Shown one piece after another: positions 35,527 to 46,738 of a DNA stretch of 64,000 nt. The stretch is from Fistulifera solaris (Eukaryota), in contig AP026144.1 in assembly GCA_030295235.1 (NCBI GenBank), positions 434,001 to 498,000 of the forward strand, given 5' to 3'. A program made the translations under genes and the position numbers. A model generated the notes under the pieces. It searched no databases. It was not told the origin of the DNA and saw only the letters and a program-made list of their open reading frames with translations. How positions within the stretch are numbered: the first letter of the stretch is position 1; the number at the start of each line of letters is the position of its first letter.

Positions 35527-36960
35527 TTAATGGCCGCACTTGAAGATATCGACCTTCGGATTCCACGTGCTGGGGCAAGTGAACTTCTGCAAGTCGCGAA
35601 GGCGACGACCTCCCTCTCCTTTTTTCCTCGGATTCGTCACGCAAACGGTGCATGTCAATTCTGCGCAACCGTTGCCATCGCACACCGTATTGGTCCAGGC
35701 AATATGGTCTCCAACACCACCACTGTCTGCGACACTAAACTTTGCCGGATGGTCTTCAAATCCGACTTGGCACGAACCGCCAGTAAGCTTGTCAACGGTT
35801 TTAGCCGCCCCATTGCAGAACGAGCAGCTTGGATTTCCAACGGTCAAGGCAGCCGAGCATCCATTGGTCTTGGTATAGGAAGGGAAGTAGTCAAGCGGCG
35901 CATTCGGTGGTGAAATGACTCCAGGTCCACCGCAGTCCAAGTTTGCCGAAGAAATGGACTCATCATCGACGACAGTAATTGTCGCTTGGCAAGAACTCAC
36001 GGCACCAGAATTGTCTGTCACAGTGAGTACAACGGTGGTCTCGCCAAGAGGATAGGGGCCGTAGTTGTCCAACACGGAACTGACAATGGAACCATCTGTA
36101 TCGTAGGACTGATTGTCGATCGCAGCAATGAGAGCACTCTGGTCGGGCGGGTTGTGCTCACAATGACTGATGGCGCTGACTTCAATGTTTTGGCATTGAG
36201 CGACGGGTGCGGCGTTGCAATTGAACGAGCCTCCCTCAAGCAAGACCCAAGAATCAAGAATTCCATCTCCAGCATCAGCCACAGCGAGTTTGATCGTATT
36301 GGTGCCAGACTTAGGGATACCTTGGGCGGTCAGCTTTGTCGTCAAGCCATCCGCTTCAATGTTGAAAGCACCCCCAGAGTTATTATTGAAATAGACCGAG
36401 TTAATATTTTGATTCACGCTGTTGATAGAGACAGGAGTAACGTTGTCGGGAAGAAGAGCGATGTTGACCCCGTTGAGAAAGAAGCCAAATACGTCATTGA
36501 ACGCGCGTCCAACGTATTCCAAGTACTCTTCCGACCCAAAGACATATTCGAAAGCGAGATCAAGGGTGGCCACCTGTCCTGCACCACATTGAAAATCAAA
36601 CTGGAGGACGCAAGCGTCGAGGGTTGAGAATCCCGGAATAAGCGAATTTAAGTTCGCGTCTCCGGGACGATTAAAGTTAGTTTGTGTGTTGGGTGCATTG
36701 TTCGGCCCGGCAATGTCGACGACTCTACCAGAACTGAGAATTACTCCCGATTCCGGCAAGGTCAAGCCCGAAACACTCGAGCCACCAGTGAAGAGTCCTG
36801 CACAACCTGGCGCCCCAATCAACTGCGCGTTCGACACTGTTGCACCACCGGACGTGGACAACAAATTAGCGGCCAAGGCAGCTGCGTTACTGTTGACAGT
36901 AGCACCTATCGCTGCAGATGCTGCCGCAAAGACGCTGGAAAAGATGATGTAGCTCAACAT
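35527..36960 (-). CDS. Secreted choice-of-anchor-L domain protein with HYR-like and Cys-rich C-terminal domains
   Basis: Signal peptide; GVILSSG, DACVLQFDF, YVFGSEEYLEYVG, FNDVFGFFLNG, VSINSVN, DGLT and IKLAVADAGDGILDSWV; HYR-like YPLGETTVVLTVTDNSG; no introns. Confidence 0.85.
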   Translation of the reverse strand: MLSYIIFSSVFAAASAAIGATVNSNAAALAANLLSTSGGATVSNAQLIGAPGCAGLFTGGSSVSGLTLPESGVILSSGRVVDIAGPNNAPNTQTNFNRPGDANLNSLIPGFSTLDACVLQFDFQCGAGQVATLDLAFEYVFGSEEYLEYVGRAFNDVFGFFLNGVNIALLPDNVTPVSINSVNQNINSVYFNNNSGGAFNIEADGLTTKLTAQGIPKSGTNTIKLAVADAGDGILDSWVLLEGGSFNCNAAPVAQCQNIEVSAISHCEHNPPDQSALIAAIDNQSYDTDGSIVSSVLDNYGPYPLGETTVVLTVTDNSGAVSSCQATITVVDDESISSANLDCGGPGVISPPNAPLDYFPSYTKTNGCSAALTVGNPSCSFCNGAAKTVDKLTGGSCQVGFEDHPAKFSVADSGGVGDHIAWTNTVCDGNGCAELTCTVCVTNPRKKGEGGRRLRDLQKFTCPSTWNPKVDIFKCGH

Positions 36961-39273
36961 GATTTCGATTTTGTGAGCAGATCTCGAAGTGAAGTCGCGG
37001 AGTATGTCGAAGCGACCGTGAACAATGCACAGCCGTAAGACTTGGTAGAAAGTGCGCGTGATTTGCTTTATTTATGTCATCAAATGCTGCACAGAAAAAA
37101 ACGCTGCATAGCGTACTACAAATACTAAATAGTGAGCAGTTTGCACAGCGTAAACCGTTATAGTTGACCTAAAGTCTGAAGTCGAAGAGAGGCATAAACA
37201 ATTTTCTTACAAAATAGCAAATAGCTGTCTGCGTAAACTTATGATGCGCTGGATGACTAACGGGCGACGGCACGAGTCTCGAAGATCGAATCGTCTCAAA
37301 CTGGCCAATTCATTTGCTGCAAAACGGCTCCAAGTCTAACTCTATTGTCTATTGTAGATTGTTAGTCATCTCAACTAGAAGATCGACCAAAAACGAATCC
37401 AGATGTCAGACGCCAAAAGCCAAAAGCCAGCATAGGGAGGAGTTAAACGTCAAACCTTACCTAGAGAGAGTAGAGAGACCTTTTGGATATTTTGTTGGTT
37501 TTTCCTGTAGTTGACACTTAGACCAGTACCACATATATATTTTATTCCTAATTTTTTAATCGTCAGAATCTAATCTTGACATTGGTCGCGCGAAATTTCT
37601 TGCTTCCTTTTTCGTGCTTAATTCTTATCAGTAGGCGATAAGTAAGAGGCAAGAGGTAAGAGAAAGAGGCACCTGGTACAGTATTCTAGTAGACAGTAGG
37701 CAATAGGCAATCTAGTTCGACATAAAGTTCGACACTCTCTCAAATACCAAATAACGAATATCGATATTCACGTTATAATAGCGTATTATATCAAGAGCCA
37801 TTTTTCCCAATATCGATATTTGTCGATATTTGTACGCCTGACAGACGGATTTGAGGTATTTTACGATAAAATGGCTGTGTTTTGCGGGCGAAGACAGACG
37901 GTCGCCGGTATTAATATCGTTTATTATATAGTGTAAAATTCGATATTGATATTCGTAAAAATCCAAATATCGATAACTATAAGAGGCAAAGGTAATCTTG
38001 AATCTTGTTCCACTTGTTCCTTCTCTTTCTAAAAAAATCGGGCAAGGGGCAAATGGAAAATGTAGGCGCAATGCGCAGTGCGCAGGCGTTGGGCATAAGT
38101 AATGATAAAGGGTTGGTTAGTACATTTGTGAATTCACACAAAGGAAATATGAAATATACCCCTTGCTTCATACTTCATACGAACAGTGCTAGGGGCTATC
38201 ATACTACTAATTTTACATTTTACCTTTTACCAGAATAAAGAGGTCTAACAGCGACAGGACAACGTAAAGTACACAGTACACAGTTTCTAGTCTTTAGCGT
38301 CACACGTGACACGTTTTTAGACACGAAGAACGAAGACTATGAAGTATGGAGTGTGAACTACGTAGTACACCGAGCTCCGAGTAGATCTATGAACTATGAA
38401 AAAATTTATGCAAGATACGAAGTACAAAATTTTCGGATTGAAAGGTTCAGAGTTCGAAGCTCGAAGCTCGGGGCAGATGCTTTATAATATTCTCCTTGCC
38501 GAAAAGAAATACGCAGCCCAGAGTGAAATTATTTAGTCCTTCCGGCTCCCTATCCCACCCATGCTACAGGTTTATCTTATTTTTTAGTCCTCCCACCATT
38601 ACCATTCTAGTCAACGTAAATTTTATAATGTTAAAGTGGTTTGGTCCGACCCATCGTCTCTCATTAGATATCAACTTGTTCTATCGGTTATCGCTTGACC
38701 ACAGAATCTTTAATTGGAAACAAGAATTTTAAAGGGTTGTGGTTGCAAAGGACATCAAGAGAGGAACAGTCTTGTCACTTGCTGAAGGATGGCCATCATT
38801 GCAGACAAAGTGGGTTTGTAAACAATGGAAGGGAAGCTTCCACGAAAAACACATGTTTATATTCATAATCGAGACCAGTCTATAGGTCTAGACTAATGTA
38901 CAAGTACTCTTTGCCTTCCGACTTTCGCCTGGATTCGAATTTTGGCAGCATCAGGGTTTGGTTATTTTCTCTGCGGGCGTACTTCGTACCGGTACCCGGT
39001 ACTGGTACCGGTGCCGGGTACAAGTACAAGGACTGCTAATTAAGTACCTAATAAGGTAAGTGCGTGCGCCGTCCGCTCGCCAGAAAGTGCGGACCCTGAT
39101 TCGTAATACGGAATTCAGTACCGATGTTTGGTGCAACGGTTCTGAAGATAATATATAGAAAACGACTTGAAACTGTCTTGCACCAGCGATATATTTCGCT
39201 CATCACGCACCTGACCATGATATTCATATTGACGACGGCAACATGAAATGATTTATTCGAAAGTCTCACCCCG

Positions 39274-42200
39274 ATGATCTCGTCAATCTGTCTTGAAAAA
39301 GCTTTTGATCGATCCTATGAACATTGTATTGACGAAGCTGCAAGGAAACAGGTGAAAAAGAGGATACAGCGCTTGATTTTGTTTTCTCGATGGAAGGTAG
39401 CCAACTTTCCACAACCTCGCCCGCGGGGTTCGGAGAGATGCAGGAACGACCAAAGTCACCTTTTTCGCCATTGTTGCAAAAAAATAAAAAGAAAGAGACC
39501 AACGCAACAAAAGGGAAGAGACTTTGATGAATTTTCCTTGAACCCTTGTCGACGAGTTTCGATCGTTGTGGCTGTTGGCAATGGAAGCGAATCGATTGAC
39601 GACGAGAACCGAATCTGTATTTTCCCCACCAGAGACGCCGATTCTACCCGAGAGCTAATTGTATTGAATCCCAAAGCATATGGAAGGCTCATTCCACCGC
39701 GAACTAGTCAACAAGACGTTGCGAAAATGGTGTCTCAGATAGCTCCGCTCGCGCAAGAAGACTGGACTCGGACATTTCGATTTCAACATGTCGTTTGGCC
39801 TCCGAAGCATACTCACCAGAAAGAGTACTCCGTTATTCATCGAGACTTTCCTGATAATACTCTGATGAATCTCTGTTCGGGTGCAGCAAACGATATTCTT
39901 GCCAAAGATTCGACTATCAATCGAATTTTTGTGGCCCTGGGCAATTCGGGCAAAACAGAAATTCTCTTCGGCAGCATCGCGACCCAGAAACCTTCCGTCG
40001 CGGAAGTCTTTGCCCAGTCTGTTCAAGATCTCAGCCGCGAGGAGCTATTGCGTCGATATGGATTGCTGGGATGGACCGTACAATCTATTCTAGACCGCCT
40101 ACCCGAGGACAAAACTGCTGTGTGTACACTCTCCGTATTGGAAGTTTCGGACGAGAACTCTTTGTTTGATCTGCTGGCCACCCGCCCGTTCACTCAAGAT
40201 GCATCAAAGCGAGTTACGATACGCTATAATAATGGGTCGAATCATGCATGGTCAAAGGACGAAGTACAAGCACGTGGTACAGGGACGGTGGGCGCCGTTG
40301 TTGAAGGTCTTTCCAACCAGCCGATCGATTCGTTGAAAGGTCTCGCACACAGTATGAGAAGAGCGTTTGCGGCAGCTCTACACGAAAAACGGAAGACATC
40401 ACGCGGAACATTGGTAATATCCGTTCGTGTGTGGCAACAAGCGGAGAAATCACAATTTCAACAAAAGTTTGAAAAGAATACTGCAATTCAATTCGTGGAC
40501 TTGGGTGTGGTGGAGCACGATGAAATGCCTGCTTATTTTAAACGTAACGCTGCCATTCGAAAATCAGAATCAGTTCTTGGAAGCGTCTTGAGGGGAGCTC
40601 TCCTCAGAGAGGCAGGTCATGATGCGGTGATTCCCTACAGAGACTCGGCTTTGACTAAAGTTCTACAAAGGTCCATGGATCATCCTGATTCCCGAACAAT
40701 TGTAATGGCATGCTTATCGCCTGGCATTGAAGCGCATGATGAAAGTATGCTGACCCTAAGGTATATTAGCCGTTTAACGAGCAAACCAGGCCAAGAAGTG
40801 CAATCGACGTCTTTTGACAGCATAATGCAAGCTTCTACAACAGGAGGTTCACCAAGTTCGTCAGCTCCGCTTAACTTGTCAGAGCTTACAAAAGAAGACG
40901 GCTCCTCCGCATACTTGCTACAAAATTTGCTTTCAGACCCGCGACAACGACTAGCTAAATTGGCCATCCCTGGAAAAGTCAGTAAAGATGTTGCTAGGTT
41001 CTCTTTTGAAGTTAGCGATGACGAGCCAACTCCATACAAAGGACCTTCGTCACCAAAAATTAATCAAGCTGTTCAAGAAACACGAGTTACATCGGAGGAT
41101 CCCAAGTCGATTTCAGAAGAACAACGCGCTCCACCAGGAAAGCATATATCAAGTCTAACATCGCAGAAATCCGATCTATCCTCGACTGAAACACCCTCGA
41201 AGATAACTACTCCATTGGCTCAGAATATGAACAAGGCTGACTCCGGAGCGTCACCACCATCTTTTCAATCTTTGCGACCAAGTCCTCCTGGCTGTCATTT
41301 GAAAGAGAGACCTGGTGGGGTCTTTTCGAAAACGCAACTTTCGATGGGAGCCTCCGGCGACAGCGAAGAACCAATCACTCCGCATACGGTGGAATTAACA
41401 ACGCTTCATCAAGTCAATGTTTCGCCTATTCTTCCTAGAACGTCAAAGGATGTTAACTTATCTGGTGCAGGTCCATTAGAGCCGACAAGCATTGGTAACT
41501 CTGATCTGTCGTCCATTTCGCGGAACATGAGCGAGGATCTCAAACGATTGACAAAGGATACAAAGAAGGAGCAAAGCCAGACACCAAATTCAGCTAAAAC
41601 TCACTTTCAAGCAAAGCTTTCTCCCAAATTCGACTCGTCTGTCGTTCAAAAGAGCAAGAAAGCCATGAATTTTTTTACGCAAAACTTGGAGCGAGGACGA
41701 TACTAGAGCAAGTCCAAGCTTGAAATTTATTAATAGGAATCGAGACAATTCTAGAGACCGCCTTGTAATAAAAGCAGAAACATCTGTTGACCAAGCTATG
41801 AATGATCTTTCATTCGAGCTTCTTAGGCGTTCAAAGGCACTCGACAATCAGAAAATACTAAGTAATTCATTCAAGTCCGAGCTTGATGATCTTTCTATGG
41901 AACTTTTTGGCAAACAGACAGTCATGGAATCAGATAAGGAGCCTTTTGATGAAGTTTCCGATCTTTCTGGAAGGCGAGTTAAGCATGCTATGGATCTTTC
42001 GACTCCTCGCCATCTTGCTCCATCGTTGTCAGAATCACTCAATTCAAAAAGCTTGCAAGCATCCATCTCAAATTCTGCTTCATTGAAGAGAACTGCGTCT
42101 GCTGTTGAAGGATCCGTTGCCAGTGACTTGGATTCGCTTCAAAGTGCTATGGAACACGTCCGTTTAAGTCAAAACAGTCTCAGACACGCTAATAATTCTG

Positions 42201-43688
42201 CACGAAATAGCGAAAATAATCGTTACAAGTCCGAGTTGTCAAGTAGTCGACGCATCGCTATCCAGCGCGGATTGTCAAATGGAGATGCCGATTCTGTCGA
42301 TCACCATCATAATCAAGAAACAGAAGATAGAGAGAAAGAAATTAAGCACCTTCGTGATCAGCTGGAAAGAGCACTTGCAGAGAAGAGTGAAGTGGTAAAA
42401 ATAGCTGAAGAAGCTATTATGACGCAGGCTGAACTGGAAGAACGTGTGCTAGAGCTGGAACGTCAAAATTCTAGGCAAACAAATATTACTAGCTCGCTTC
42501 AGTCGGAAACGAATTTCATAAGGAATCATCAGCAAGAAAATGAAAGCAAAGATTACCAAAATGAAGTCAGCGGCATTGACGCGAAGCTTGTGACTCTTCA
42601 GCACCGACTGATGCATTCAGAACGAGAAAGAAAAACGCTTGGAGATAGAGGTCATCGATAGGCAGCGAGAATATGTACAACTGATATCAAAATTTGACGG
42701 TTCACTTGACAGAGAAGACGTCCCAATTAGTGTCCAAGAGGACGACCTACGCCGACTGCTTATATCCAAAGATTCGACTATTGTGGGTCTTACCGAGGAC
42801 AAGGAGAAGCTCACACGTGAGATGTCGAAACTGATGGATGAAAGAAGTGCGCTCATTGATCAGCTTGAAGAATTAGAGAAAGAATTATCCTTCGTTAAGA
42901 CAGAAAGGGATGATATGGCGACAAGAATGAATGTAGCACTAGAATCACAAGACTCTTTGATTCAGGAACTGGAGGAAACAAGATTTGAGCTTGATCGTCG
43001 CTTGACTGATGTCCAGGAACTTTCTTCCAGCATTAAAAAGTTACTGCGTGAGAAAGAAGAGTCTGATGCTTTGAACGAACGTATGGAGGAAGCTTTAAGC
43101 AGCTTTGAGAGCGAAACGAGGTTCCGGCTGGATAAAGTCTTGGATGATCGTCGCGAGGCTAAGTCCTTACTTGAAAACACTCTGAGAGACAACGCAAAAC
43201 TGGTGGAAACTATCAAAAGTCTTCGTGAGTCTCTCGAATCTGCGAGACAAGAAAGTGAAGAAGAGAGGCTTCGTTACCACGAGGAGGGAACAGCAATGGA
43301 AAATTTGGAACGTGAAAACTTGCTGCTTCGAGAACAAAACCGTGAGATGAGGAGCGCCCTTGAACAAAACGATGGACGATCTCGTAGCTTTGACGTACCT
43401 AACAGTGCAAGCTCCCACGACATAAGATCTACCAGTGGGCGTGACGGTGGAAGTCAGCTACGTCATGTTGGTTCAAGAACAAAATTTGATCCATCAAGAA
43501 TCTTGTCTCCAGCGAGCACATCGTCCATCCGTGCTGAGGATGTTGCCGCTTTCATGTCTTTAACTGCTAAAGCATCTCTGGACGAGAAGATTTTGCTTGC
43601 TTCGATTGGCGATGCCAAAGATGCTGAGATAGAGGCGCTTCGTCTCAGAATTCGTCTCCTTGAGAGAAGAAAGGCTGAGTATCAATAG
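39274..43688 (+). CDS. Divergent kinesin-like protein with long coiled-coil tail
   Basis: SGKT, LEVSDENSLFDLL, IQFVDL, IPYRDSALTKVLQ, TIVMACLSP and TLRY motifs, then a Ser-rich linker and coiled coil. Frameshifts at T7 ~41670 and A5 ~42631. Confidence 0.8.
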
Positions 43689-44823
43689 CATTTCTCAAAT
43701 CGCACGGTGGAGTAGACAAATCTGAATGTCGTTGTAACATATAAATGAGGTGTAACAGAGGTATGATTTTGTTGAAATAGCTAGCATGACGATTCAACGC
43801 ATTGTCTCTTAGTTCGTTTTCAAATTTAAACCCAAGCGGGTCTCGTTGTATAAAAAAGGTCTACGCTACTGGTATAAACCTTCTCTTTCGTTCAAAGAGA
43901 TTATTTGAAACGGTTTTAAAGGTGTAGTCCAATTGAAACTTGAAACTCCTGACTCCAGGCTCGCCTCGAAAGCATTGATCTTGCTAGAGTTTAGTATGTA
44001 GTTCGTTTGTTTTCATGTTCACGATGCCGTTGTTCCACGTAATACGTGCTTAGAAGGCTAGGAGGATACCGATACTGGACGTAACTGTTGACACGACGAA
44101 GAACGAATGGATGATGGTCTGATTGTCATTTTTCTGAAATCATTTTAGCTGTCCAATGTACCGTTGCCGAAGGACATGTTCTTTACAGGGCAGTCTGCGA
44201 CTTTTACTGCAATGTCTTCAACATCGTGGATTTGTATAGCTATTGATGTATAAGAATGGATCAATTTTTGGATCTTCTTCAACCATTACCGGTACCGGGA
44301 ACGGCGTTAAAATTCTGCCTCGTCGTAGACGCTACGTAGAATTTTGTACTGGGAGGCAGAATTTTAACGTCCTTACCCGGTAATGCAGTAGCAAGTAGCA
44401 ACCATTCCATTCGCCTCGCAGCTCGCTGATTCCAAACAACCAAATACGGAGTAATACCAAACTCCAAAAAATACGAAAGAACAAAATCTGAAAGCGTATG
44501 CACTGCAACTTAGCTCATTTACTTTCAAAGCTATATTCAAAATTCTTTATAGCATTTCCAAGTACGTTTCTCAGTTCTTTCCTTTCTCTGGGGCAAAAGC
44601 AAAGTCGTTTTACTACTGAAAAGACTTCTCCCAAAGGAATAGCGAATGCTCCGAACAGAAGGCCGGTGGCCAGTGCTGCTGTCGTCTGTCGTCTTCGTTC
44701 CGCAGCTGCAGAAGAATTCTTGAGCGCTCGACCGAGGTGACAGCTGCCCGTTGCCCGCGTGTCAAAGCAATCTGGCATCTTTCCAAATGATGCAAAAGAA
44801 AAGGGCTTTATAATATACCAACA

Positions 44824-46069
44824 ATGCAGTCCCAAACGTTTGATTTGGGGGAAGGGTATCGTGATGCTCTTCCTGAACTTATTGCGGCGTTAGGATGCTC
44901 GAGGTCGGGTGCGGAGGGCGTTGGTTGTTCCGCTACGAAAAAAGAAGCTTCGAGTTTCGATTCCGAAATCGCATCTGTGAAGATAGTCGTTGCCTGCCCG
45001 AGCCTCTCACTTCAACATGAACACGTTGAATACAAATCCGTGGGACTGGGATCGCGCTCGCGAGAACAAGTAGCGGGTCATGCAGCTTCCCTCATGGCGC
45101 GAACTGAGAACATCACTGTGGGATTTTCTCACGGAAAGTTCACCGTCTACAATGACAAGGAAAAGGAGCTCTTGGAGAATCTATACCAATCTTTTGCGAT
45201 ACTGGTTCATAGCAGAGTGCGAGCTTATACTACTATGATCGCACGCCATTGCACGACGCTTTCCGAGAAACTCGCTTCTTCGAATAAACACGTGGAAACG
45301 AGAAAAAGGTACATTGGCAAGCTAGATCGTCTTTTGAACGCCGCTCACGCCATCCATCTCGACCAAATGGCTATGACCTTTGAAGTGGAGAACCTTGATT
45401 TGGATGCGGATGACTCTGTGGCTCCGCTTTCGTTCGGCTTTCAGATTGATCTGGACCTTCCAGCATCCAACGCCCAAAATAGCTCAGCCTACAAGATGGC
45501 GATCAAAGTCCCAGGCGAAGCGAAAGGTAAGAAATTTCATTTTGTCTACTGTTTTAGAACAAGCTATGTTGTTAACTGAAATCTTGTGTTCTTTAGTCAC
45601 AGCAAAGGATTCCATTTTGATCACTATCGACACGGATGAACTTTTGTGGACGCTCGTGGAGAAGGCTTCGGAGGTTGTGGATTTACTGGCGGAACATTTG
45701 ACGGATCCTAGCCGTTCAAATACCGCCCCAATGCCACGAAGCAGTAGTTTCCTGAGCATGCCCCCTCCCAAGCCGCGTGATCCCTCGCTTCAAGCCGGTT
45801 TGCATCTCCTCAGTAGCGCTGCGCTGGCGTCTTCGCCCCCGGTGGTATCTCCGGATGTGGGTGCCAAGCCTTCGATCTCTTCTGACGCACCTATTCCAAC
45901 ACTGATTTTGACAGACGCGAAATTAGAGACGGATGAGGAAGATGATGACTTTACGCACTTTTCCGTCGACCAATGCGAGAATATTGTGGATAACATATTC
46001 TGCAGCGGAATAGACGAGACTGTCTTCGGGGTGCCACCTTCCAAGAAAATGAAGTTAGAATCTTTCTAA
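44824..46069 (+). CDS. Hypothetical protein, 2 exons
   Basis: ORFs 44824-45579 and 45380-46069 are joined in frame by GT-AG intron 45527-45596; C-terminal NLS-like PPSKKMK. Confidence 0.75.
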
Positions 46070-46595
46070 CTTCGACGGAAGTCGTCTGACTTTCTATCTG
46101 TTCCATTTGACTCGGGATAATTCTGCCTATTCCATCCCGGCCTGTTCCTTCCCATCATCCTTTCAATTTTGCTGAACATACTATGCTACGACGGGCAAGC
46201 CGCCCATTAGAATTCCACGCAGCCTTCTTCACATTCCCGCACACTGTAACGATAATTAGAGGGGAAGATTGCGTGGACTATTTAAGAAATGACGAGAGAA
46301 TTGCAAGGTATCGCTGACACTAAGTAATAAACTACCCTTGCTCTGTGAATGTCGTACTGTAAACCCTAGCCGCGTTTGAACCGTTGGCTCGAGTCACGAA
46401 TACTCTATTCACGCTTTCGTACATCCAATCAATCGTGATGAAATGTTCAACGGAAGTTTCATTGGACGATGAGAGTATTTTTTTCATAGATAGAAACTGG
46501 TGCGCCGCACGCCTGTCAACCTCCCCCCTGCAACGGAGCGCGCACTCGATTTTTTCTGCCTCCAACGGTTCCGCCGGCGTTTTTCTGTGTTTCTC

Positions 46596-46620
46596 AACAC
46601 AACACAACACAACACAACAC
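46596..46620. repeat. (AACAC)5 microsatellite in the LRR gene leader
   Basis: Perfect pentamer run about 120 bp upstream of ATG 46739. Confidence 0.9.
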
Positions 46621-46738
46621 ACGCTTGTGTTACGCACTCTCTCCTTTGGCAGGCAAACGAATGGAAGAAAGCATCTCCTCTTTGTAACAACAACAGAATC
46701 AAAGCTACAAACAAAACACAATAATAAAAACATACACA

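Noticed and set aside
35530..36627. Long antisense ORFs opposite the anchor-L gene (and similar ones opposite other genes)
   Set aside because: Shadow frames produced by codon bias of the real gene.
38218..38240. U5 snRNA loop-1 look-alike (ACCTTTTACCAGAA)
   Set aside because: It lacks the invariant G of GCCUUUUAC, a convincing stem and an Sm site.
36961..39273. Centromere candidate (diatom centromeres are low-GC)
   Set aside because: Only short patches reach ~33% GC; there is no sustained multi-kb AT-rich tract.
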